Below, piece by piece: positions 24,793-30,231 of a stretch of 41,378 nt of DNA; positions within the stretch are counted from its first letter, which is position 1; the number at the start of each line of letters is the position of its first letter. The translations under genes and the position numbers were made by a program. Origin of the DNA: Candidatus Kaiserbacteria bacterium RIFOXYD1_FULL_47_14 (GTDB lineage Bacteria > Patescibacteriota > Minisyncoccia > Phycocordibacterales > Phycocordibacteraceae); NCBI GenBank assembly GCA_001781915.1, contig MFMU01000009.1:7449-48826 (forward strand). Direction: 5' to 3'. The notes beneath the pieces were generated by a model. The model was not told the origin of the DNA. It did not search any database and saw only the letters and a program-made list of their open reading frames with translations.

Positions 24793-25491
24793 ATGTCTTT
24801 CTTCGCCCGAAACGCACTTATTGCTCTTGGTATTACGGTAGCAATTGCTGGCACCGTAGCATATACAGTCAATTATCTAAATCGGGCGCGCATCACCGAG
24901 CTTGTGGCTATAGAAAATCAACTTTCTATCGACACCCTTTCTCTTGAAACACAATTTTCTCTCCTTGAAACAGCGCCCTGCGACAGTGTCGCTTCCTCAT
25001 CTGTACTAACCAATGAGCTTGCCGATCTCGGCGATCGACTTGCCTACGCTGAAGCCCAACTCGGCAAAAACAATGTCCAGGTGATGCAATTAAAGAAGCA
25101 GTATTCACTACTCGAAATACGCGATTATCTTATTACGAAAAAACTCGCTGCAGCCTGTGGCGCAAAACCGGTAACAGTTCTTTATTTCTATAGCAACTCT
25201 GGCGACTGTAGCGACTGTGATAAGGCCGGCTACGCACTCTCGTATCTGAATACCACCTATCCAGCACTGCGCGTTTACTCGTTCGATTATAATCTTGAAC
25301 TCGGCGCATTAAAGACCTTCATTACTGTAAACAAAGTGCAAAGGGCTCTGCCCGCTTTTGTAGTGAATGGCAAACATCTGTACGGCTTCACCTCGCTCGA
25401 AGACCTTGAGAAAATCTTCCCGAAGGGTGCGCTCGCTTCGACAACTGCGACTGGTTCAACAAGCTCACCGCAAGCAAGTTCCAAACCTTGA
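24793..25491 (+). CDS. Membrane-anchored thioredoxin-fold protein (CxxC)
   Basis: MSFFARNALIALGITVAIAGTVAY is an N-terminal transmembrane anchor. VTVLYFYSNSGDCSDCDKAGY has a C-S-D-C motif in a thioredoxin-like context. The track start at 24688 would overlap the GT2 gene and is rejected. Confidence 0.6.
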   Translation: MSFFARNALIALGITVAIAGTVAYTVNYLNRARITELVAIENQLSIDTLSLETQFSLLETAPCDSVASSSVLTNELADLGDRLAYAEAQLGKNNVQVMQLKKQYSLLEIRDYLITKKLAAACGAKPVTVLYFYSNSGDCSDCDKAGYALSYLNTTYPALRVYSFDYNLELGALKTFITVNKVQRALPAFVVNGKHLYGFTSLEDLEKIFPKGALASTTATGSTSSPQASSKP

Positions 25492-25506
25492 GCCGCCACG
25501 CGATTT

Positions 25507-26520
25507 ATGAAAGAAAATGCCCCAACACTTCAATCAATACCAGAAGAATCAGAAGAGCAATTTCGTACCAGACGAGCGGAACGCGTGGTAAAGTTTTTAG
25601 AAAAAATAGGAGCACTCGAATACGCAAAAAACATTCTCTCGAATGAAACGAATGGAGAAGCCCCTACATTTGAGGAATTTAAAGAATTTTTAAAACGAAT
25701 TAATGGGATTGCGAGAGATATTCCCATTTATGAAAGAAGATTTGATGGCGAAAAAGTTTATATTGATTATCCTCTAGGAGACGAGGAAATGCCCAGACAT
25801 GAAGATAAAGAAGATATTCTTGCATATGCGTATGAAGCCAGAACACATATTGATCCGGAAGATATTAAATATATGCTGCCTGCTGTTATAAACGCTGTAC
25901 ATTTGTTCAGCGATGGGAATGGCAGAACTAGTAGAATTATGCATCTTCTTCTCAAAGACGGTTCTTCTAAAGAAGATATAAAATTAGCTCTTGGGAAATA
26001 TGGTCGGTGGAATTCTTTTGATATAAATCCAGGAATTATCAGTTTTGAAATTGAGCGTATTGTATTGGGAAAGCATGGATGGGTATTTAAAGACAGCAAA
26101 CCAAACGGAAGATTGGGAGTAATTGAAACTGGCGCGAGTCACTATGAAGCGGGCCATCTTGATCAAAATCATCCATCCTATAAGGAAGCAGAAAAACTAT
26201 TTTGTCTATACGGAAAAGATTCTCAATATGTTCTGACTGCAATTCATATGAGTTTAGGAGATGGTAGTGTTCGAGATATATCTTCGAATTATTCTGGAAT
26301 AAATCGGGTATCACCACAAAAAATGTTGGCCACTTTACAACCTGAACAATGGCAGAAGATTATTGATAATTTCTACCAATTAAAGAAAGAACATGTTGAA
26401 ACGCTTGTGGACATATTTGTTGAACCAGACAAATTTATTTATGACGAAAAAAGTGGAGAAACACTGAAAGATATGTTCGAGAGAGAAATTCTACAAGCGC
26501 ACGAAAAATCTATATCTTGA
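25507..26520 (+). CDS. Fic-domain protein (putative AMPylase / adenylyltransferase)
   Basis: The canonical Fic motif HxFx(D/E)GNGRxxR is present as HLFSDGNGRTSR. The gene is visibly AT-rich compared with the flanking core genes. Confidence 0.85.
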   Translation: MKENAPTLQSIPEESEEQFRTRRAERVVKFLEKIGALEYAKNILSNETNGEAPTFEEFKEFLKRINGIARDIPIYERRFDGEKVYIDYPLGDEEMPRHEDKEDILAYAYEARTHIDPEDIKYMLPAVINAVHLFSDGNGRTSRIMHLLLKDGSSKEDIKLALGKYGRWNSFDINPGIISFEIERIVLGKHGWVFKDSKPNGRLGVIETGASHYEAGHLDQNHPSYKEAEKLFCLYGKDSQYVLTAIHMSLGDGSVRDISSNYSGINRVSPQKMLATLQPEQWQKIIDNFYQLKKEHVETLVDIFVEPDKFIYDEKSGETLKDMFEREILQAHEKSIS

Positions 26521-26538
26521 CCTTGAGAAACTAACCTG

Positions 26539-26559
26539 TGTGGCGGTTCAACCGCCACA
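26539..26559. repeat. REP-A copy 1 (just 3' of the RAYT-A stop codon)
   Basis: TGTGGCGGTT c AACCGCCACA is a 10-bp dyad. It lies between the Fic stop (26520) and the RAYT-A stop (26563). Confidence 0.85.
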
Positions 26560-26562
26560 AAA

Positions 26563-27234
26563 CTATTCGAGAAGAAGTCCTCTGAAATCTTTTAATTCCT
26601 CCTTTCTTTGCAAAATCGATTCCAGAGATGAAAGCGCGAACTCTTTATACTCACCAACATTTTTAAATTGCCCTAAAATAATTTCTTTTTCGCAAATGCC
26701 CTTAATCCTCGTATCTATATATTCTCCCCAACTTGACTTGCTCTCTACTAACTTGACAGTTGTGGCGATTGAACCGCCAAGTTGATGCACATGATCATTC
26801 AAATTCACATAGGAACTGGCGTGGAGAAGATATTCGTTTGAATCAATATGTATCGCTTTGAATCTTCCCTGAAATAACGCCCCGTTTCTTTCATATTTAT
26901 TATTAAAGTACCAAGTATATCCGCCAATTCTTTTCATAAACTCACTGATACCTCCATCTACGAGCTGTTCTAAAATGAGATGGTAATGATTCGGATTCAA
27001 ACAATACGCAAGAATATTAACAAGCTTCTCCGACAGTGTGGCGGTTGAACCGCCACACTGTCTACGCGAATTCTCATAGAGACTTCCTATCGGATCAATA
27101 ACATTGAATTCAATCATACTTTTAAAGAACCTTTCTATGTCGTATCGGTTCGTAAAGATAATCCTCTTATCAACCCCTCTGTTGAATACATGATAAAATT
27201 CTTCATTCGCGAAAGGTGCTTTTCTTGTACCCAT
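26563..27234 (-). CDS. IS200/IS605-family Y1 (HUH) transposase-like protein, RAYT-like (paralogue A)
   Basis: Present are FYHVFNRG, the HUH motif NHYHLIL, GALFQGRF and SSYVNLN (Tyr helix). Two internal segments (QCGGSTATLSE and LGGSIATTVKL) are encoded by REP-A palindromes. Confidence 0.85.
   Translation of the reverse strand: MGTRKAPFANEEFYHVFNRGVDKRIIFTNRYDIERFFKSMIEFNVIDPIGSLYENSRRQCGGSTATLSEKLVNILAYCLNPNHYHLILEQLVDGGISEFMKRIGGYTWYFNNKYERNGALFQGRFKAIHIDSNEYLLHASSYVNLNDHVHQLGGSIATTVKLVESKSSWGEYIDTRIKGICEKEIILGQFKNVGEYKEFALSSLESILQRKEELKDFRGLLLE
26763..26779. repeat. REP-A copy 2 (degenerate, inside the RAYT-A ORF)
   Basis: TGGCGATT g AACCGCCA has one mismatch in the 8-bp dyad. It is translated as GGSIAT. 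Confidence 0.65.
27032..27062. repeat. REP-A copy 3 (perfect 15-bp dyad inside the RAYT-A ORF)
   Basis: GACAGTGTGGCGGTT g AACCGCCACACTGTC. It is translated as RQCGGSTATLS, about 15 codons upstream of the HUH motif. Confidence 0.9.
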
Positions 27235-27260
27235 TGTTTATATCCTAACATTCGTTCCTT

Positions 27261-27277
27261 TGGCGGTTGAACCGCCA
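27261..27277. repeat. REP-A copy 4 (5' of RAYT-A, 15 nt from the tRNA-Thr 3' end)
   Basis: TGGCGGTT g AACCGCCA is a perfect 8-bp dyad. Confidence 0.85.
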
Positions 27278-27291
27278 CAAGTGAATAAGTG

Positions 27292-27364
27292 AGCCGAGAG
27301 TCGGATTCGGACCGACGACCTGCTCATTACAAGTGAGCTGCTCTACCAGCTGAGCTATCTCGGC
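27292..27364 (-). tRNA. tRNA-Thr (anticodon UGU), no encoded CCA
   Basis: The minus strand reads GCCGAGA TA GCTC AGCTGGTA GAGC A GCTCA CTTGTAA TGAGC AGGTC GTCGG TCCGAAT CCGAC TCTCGGC T. This is a perfect 7/4/5/5 cloverleaf with anticodon loop CT-TGT-AA. The T-loop reads TCCGAAT (C at position 55) instead of TTCGAAT. Confidence 0.9.
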
Positions 27365-27392
27365 AATTCTTTTTATTCTATTCCCTCTCTAA

Positions 27393-27797
27393 CTATATAC
27401 CAGGAATTTTTGGATGTGTCGCCCCGAGACGGCCCTTAAAATCGGAGAGTGTTTTTACAAACTCTCGCGCATTCTCGCGGGGCGTCTGGTCAATCGCCCG
27501 CTGGGTGTGGAGATGTCGAACGAGGCGTGTAAGAAGTCGTTCGACCGCGCGTACGGTCTGAAGTGAGAGATGTGCGACTTCTCGCGCAATGAGGTGCGAA
27601 AAGTGGTGAACTTCTTCACGCAGAAATGCTCCGAAATCAACATGTTCAATAATGAATTCAATGCGTGCGATACGCTCGTCGAGACGAGCGCGCTCACGCG
27701 CAAATAGTCGAACGCTGCGCCGCATCTCATACTCGGAGAGCACCAAAAAGCCGATAAAGAGCCCAAGAGCAATGAAAATGAAGACAAGGTATTCCAC
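27393..27797 (-). CDS. Hypothetical membrane-anchored protein (134 aa)
   Basis: A GTG start lies 6 nt after the tsf stop. The N-terminal transmembrane helix is YLVFIFIALGLFIGFLVL and the rest is Arg/Glu/His-rich and looks helical. No motif was recognised. Confidence 0.5.
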   Translation of the reverse strand: MEYLVFIFIALGLFIGFLVLSEYEMRRSVRLFARERARLDERIARIEFIIEHVDFGAFLREEVHHFSHLIAREVAHLSLQTVRAVERLLTRLVRHLHTQRAIDQTPRENAREFVKTLSDFKGRLGATHPKIPGI

Positions 27798-27802
27798 AGC
27801 AG

Positions 27803-28384
27803 TTAGCGAATAGAAATACGCACGAAGCGACTTACTTCTATACGCTCGCCGAATTTCTGTGTCGCTTCGTTCAAGAGATCACGCATCACCTTTGATTCAT
27901 CTTTAATGAAGGGCTGTTCAAGAAGCACTTGATCCTGGAAATAACTAGAAAGTTTACCCTCAAGAATCTTCTCGCGCATCTCGGCCGGCTTACCAGTAAC
28001 TTCTTTTTCAAATACTGCAGTAGCGGCATCCCTCGCTTCGCTCGGGATTTCTGCGGTTGTCGCATATTTCGGATCGGTCGCCGTAATCTGCATCGCAATC
28101 TCGCGAGCAAGAACGCCAAACTCTGGATTCTTAGCAACGAAATCGGACTCGCATGAGAGAATAACCATCGCACCAATGGCTCCGTCGTGGATATAACTTC
28201 CTAGAATGCCGGCCTTGAGCGTGCGCTCTGCCTTTTTCTCAGCAGCTTCGGCCGAATGTTTCTTCAGAATAACTTCTGCCTTGGCGAGGTCACCTTCTGC
28301 CTCTTCGAGCGCCTTCTTACACTGCATAACGGATACGCCAGTCATCTCCCGCAGTTGTTTAATGATTTCAGTGGTAATTTCCAT
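27803..28384 (-). CDS. tsf: Elongation factor Ts (short form)
   Basis: MEITTEIIKQLREMTGVSVMQCKKALEEAEGDLAKA is the UBA-like EF-Ts N-terminus, followed by SCESDFVAKNPEF. An alternative start at 28402 lies 9 nt downstream of a TATAGT box. Confidence 0.9.
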   Translation of the reverse strand: MEITTEIIKQLREMTGVSVMQCKKALEEAEGDLAKAEVILKKHSAEAAEKKAERTLKAGILGSYIHDGAIGAMVILSCESDFVAKNPEFGVLAREIAMQITATDPKYATTAEIPSEARDAATAVFEKEVTGKPAEMREKILEGKLSSYFQDQVLLEQPFIKDESKVMRDLLNEATQKFGERIEVSRFVRISIR

Positions 28385-28411
28385 AGAGTGATTATCGCAC
28401 ATATTTCTCGC

Positions 28412-28417
28412 ACTATA
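28412..28417 (-). promoter_or_regulatory. -10-like box TATAGT in the rpsB-tsf spacer
   Basis: The minus strand reads TAGTATAGT gcgagaaat ATG(28402). The homology-supported tsf start is 18 nt further on. Confidence 0.35.
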
Positions 28418-29116
28418 CTATGCTGTTTGTCCTTTCTGAAATGCGTTCGTAAGTTCTTTCAGAATGAACTTCACGGTCTCGCGAGAAGTGTCGTTCGCGA
28501 CAATCGGATATGCTGCATCTCGCAGATCGCAGTCCGAACTCATAATGGCGATAATCGGAATGCCCGCATCATTCGCCTCCTTCACCGCATGCTTTTCATA
28601 TTTGGTATCGACAACAAGAAGCGCATCCGGACGCTTGGTAAGAGTTGTGATGCCATCAAGCCGCTCGCTTAAACGCACTTTCTCGCGCTCAAGCTTCACG
28701 ATTTCGAGCTTTGTGTGCTGTTTCGCGAGCGTGCCCGCAGCTGACTTCTCCAAGAGCTCGGCGAGTCGCTCGACGCGCTTCTTTATCTCACTCCAATTCG
28801 AGATGGTACCGCCGAGCCAGCGTGATGCGACGAATGGCGCATTAATCTCCTGGGCCGCCTTTTTTACAAGTGCCGCGATTTCTATCTTCCCGCCGACGAA
28901 GAGAATCGTCTTCCCTTCCTTCGCAAGCGCCTCCATAACGGCTTTAGAGGCCTCAAGCTGTTCTGCGGTCTGCACCAGGTCGATAATCTCCTGTCGCCCC
29001 TTGGTCCCTACGAGAAATGGCTTCATAGAAGGGTGCCGGCGACTCTTCACCTGCGCGAAATGCGCCCCTGTATCGAAGAGGCGCTTCCATTCTGCCGTAT
29101 CAGTTCCGGTCGTCAT
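28418..29116 (-). CDS. rpsB: 30S ribosomal protein S2
   Basis: LFDTGAHFAQVKSRRHPSMKPFLVG...EIIDL..T, ILFVGGK and VVDTKYEKHAVKEANDAGIPIIAIMSSDCD are typical S2 motifs. Confidence 0.93.
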   Translation of the reverse strand: MTTGTDTAEWKRLFDTGAHFAQVKSRRHPSMKPFLVGTKGRQEIIDLVQTAEQLEASKAVMEALAKEGKTILFVGGKIEIAALVKKAAQEINAPFVASRWLGGTISNWSEIKKRVERLAELLEKSAAGTLAKQHTKLEIVKLEREKVRLSERLDGITTLTKRPDALLVVDTKYEKHAVKEANDAGIPIIAIMSSDCDLRDAAYPIVANDTSRETVKFILKELTNAFQKGQTA

Positions 29117-29124
29117 TTCGAGAT

Positions 29125-29130
29125 ACTGTA
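29125..29130 (-). promoter_or_regulatory. -10-like box TACAGT, 8 nt before the rpsB ATG
   Basis: The minus strand reads TACAGT atctcgaa ATG(29116). Confidence 0.35.
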
Positions 29131-29136
29131 CCCGAA

Positions 29137-29901
29137 TTACGCGGCAGATGCAAGGCGGAGCGCCTCGATAATATCATCGATATCGCCTGCGAGAATTTTC
29201 GGCAGATTATGCCAGGACTTCTGGAGGCGATGGTCGGTCACGCGGTCTTGAAGATAATTATAGGTGCGGATTTTTTCCGAGCGGTCGCCCGTGCCGATCT
29301 GCGCTTTGCGCTCTGCCGCGTGCTCCTTCGCTTCTTGTTCGTCGTGCAGTTGTTCGAGCTTCGCGGAGAGAATCTGCATCGCCTTCTCGCGGTTCGCGAG
29401 CTGGCTGCGCTCTGATGAGGACTTCACATCGATACCGGTCGGAATATGCACGAGCCGTACTGCGGTCTCAACCTTGTTCACATTCTGCCCGCCCGCTCCT
29501 CCGCTTCTCGAGAATTCCATCTGAATATCGGCAGGACGAATATCGACAGTCGACTTCGCGCGGATAGGCAACACAGCAATTGAGGCGGTTGAAGTATGAA
29601 TACGACCCGACTTCTCGGTTAACGGCACTCTCTGGACCCGATGCACGCCGGTCTCGTAGCGCAAAGCATCATACGCATCAGAACCCACAATTTCGAGTGT
29701 GAGCTCGTCGATAATACGCGTCTTCCATCCGCGCCGTTCAGCGTACTTCTGATACATTTCTTTCAAATCACGCGCGAAGATAGTTGCCTCATTTCCGCCT
29801 GCGCCCGCGCGCAATTCCATCACAACTGAAATCGGGCTCGTGTCTGAGCTCCCTTCACTGCTCTTTTGCACTCCTCCTTTTAAATATTCCGAATAGTCCA
29901 T
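29137..29901 (-). CDS. prfA: Peptide chain release factor 1 lacking N-terminal domain 1 (254 aa)
   Basis: Present are [27 protein letters not shown], the RF1-type tripeptide region [28 protein letters not shown] (PxT) and the GGQ motif [24 protein letters not shown]. The protein begins about 20 aa before domain 2. Confidence 0.88.
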   Translation of the reverse strand: MDYSEYLKGGVQKSSEGSSDTSPISVVMELRAGAGGNEATIFARDLKEMYQKYAERRGWKTRIIDELTLEIVGSDAYDALRYETGVHRVQRVPLTEKSGRIHTSTASIAVLPIRAKSTVDIRPADIQMEFSRSGGAGGQNVNKVETAVRLVHIPTGIDVKSSSERSQLANREKAMQILSAKLEQLHDEQEAKEHAAERKAQIGTGDRSEKIRTYNYLQDRVTDHRLQKSWHNLPKILAGDIDDIIEALRLASAA

Positions 29902-29909
29902 ATGCCCAT

Positions 29910-29915
29910 ATTATG
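29910..29915 (-). promoter_or_regulatory. -10-like box CATAAT, 8 nt before the prfA ATG
   Basis: The minus strand reads TCATAAT atgggcat ATG(29901). Confidence 0.35.
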
Positions 29916-29957
29916 ACATCCGATGTCCGAATGCACGGGGACATCCGATGTCCGAAT
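29915..29957. repeat. Tandem pair of an 18-nt unit GACATCCGATGTCCGAAT, each containing a GGAC/GTCC-type mini-hairpin
   Basis: Unit 1 is 29915-29932 and unit 2 is 29940-29957 (identical 18-mers, 25-nt period). The dyads are GACAT ccg ATGTC and GGACAT ccg ATGTCC. The pair lies in the rpmE-prfA spacer. Confidence 0.8.
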
Positions 29958-29961
29958 CCAA

Positions 29962-30210
29962 TTATTTCTTCTTCGCTGCTCGTTGTTTAAATCGCTCAAC
30001 ACGACCCGTCTTATCGAGCATACGGTCTTCACCGGTATAGAAAGGATGAGATTTACTCGAGATTTCTACCGTTACTTTCGGGTATTCTTTGCCTTCAAAT
30101 TTTGTCGTTTCTGCAGTCGCAATCGTAGAGCCAATGCAAAACTGCGCGCCCGAGGCGAGATCTTCAAATACGACCGGGCGATACCCTTCTGGATGTATAT
30201 CTTTCTTCAT
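29962..30210 (-). CDS. rpmE: 50S ribosomal protein L31 (type B, no CxxC zinc motif)
   Basis: [24 protein letters not shown]...HPFYTG is typical of L31. Confidence 0.9.
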   Translation of the reverse strand: MKKDIHPEGYRPVVFEDLASGAQFCIGSTIATAETTKFEGKEYPKVTVEISSKSHPFYTGEDRMLDKTGRVERFKQRAAKKK

Positions 30211-30217
30211 TCCGCCT

Positions 30218-30223
30218 ATACTA
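30218..30223 (-). promoter_or_regulatory. -10-like box TAGTAT, 7 nt before the rpmE ATG
   Basis: The minus strand reads GGTAGTAT aggcgga ATG(30210). Confidence 0.35.
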
Positions 30224-30231
30224 CCACACCT

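Larger units (their letters stand above)
26539..27277 (-). mobile_element. RAYT-A module: IS200/RAYT-like gene plus four copies of its cognate palindrome (two flanking, two internal)
   Basis: See the CDS at 26563-27234 and the repeats at 26539-26559, 26763-26779, 27032-27062 and 27261-27277. Confidence 0.7.

Noticed and set aside
27235-27400. Integrase, prophage or classical genomic island at the tRNA-Thr
   Set aside because: There is no integrase or phage-like ORF and I could find no direct repeat of the tRNA 3' end. Only the small Fic/RAYT islet is present, so I report it as an islet of uncertain origin.
27515-27545. 9-bp inverted repeat GTCGAACGA..TCGTTCGAC inside the hypothetical ORF at 27393-27797
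   Set aside because: By a rough estimate, a few 9-bp dyads with loops up to 30 nt are expected by chance in 41 kb. It also has no resemblance to the REP families.
29915-29957. Possible mini-CRISPR or other spaced direct-repeat array
   Set aside because: There are only two 18-nt units with a 7-nt spacer and no cas genes. The units are self-complementary and related to the REP-like family, so I classify them as a palindromic repeat doublet.
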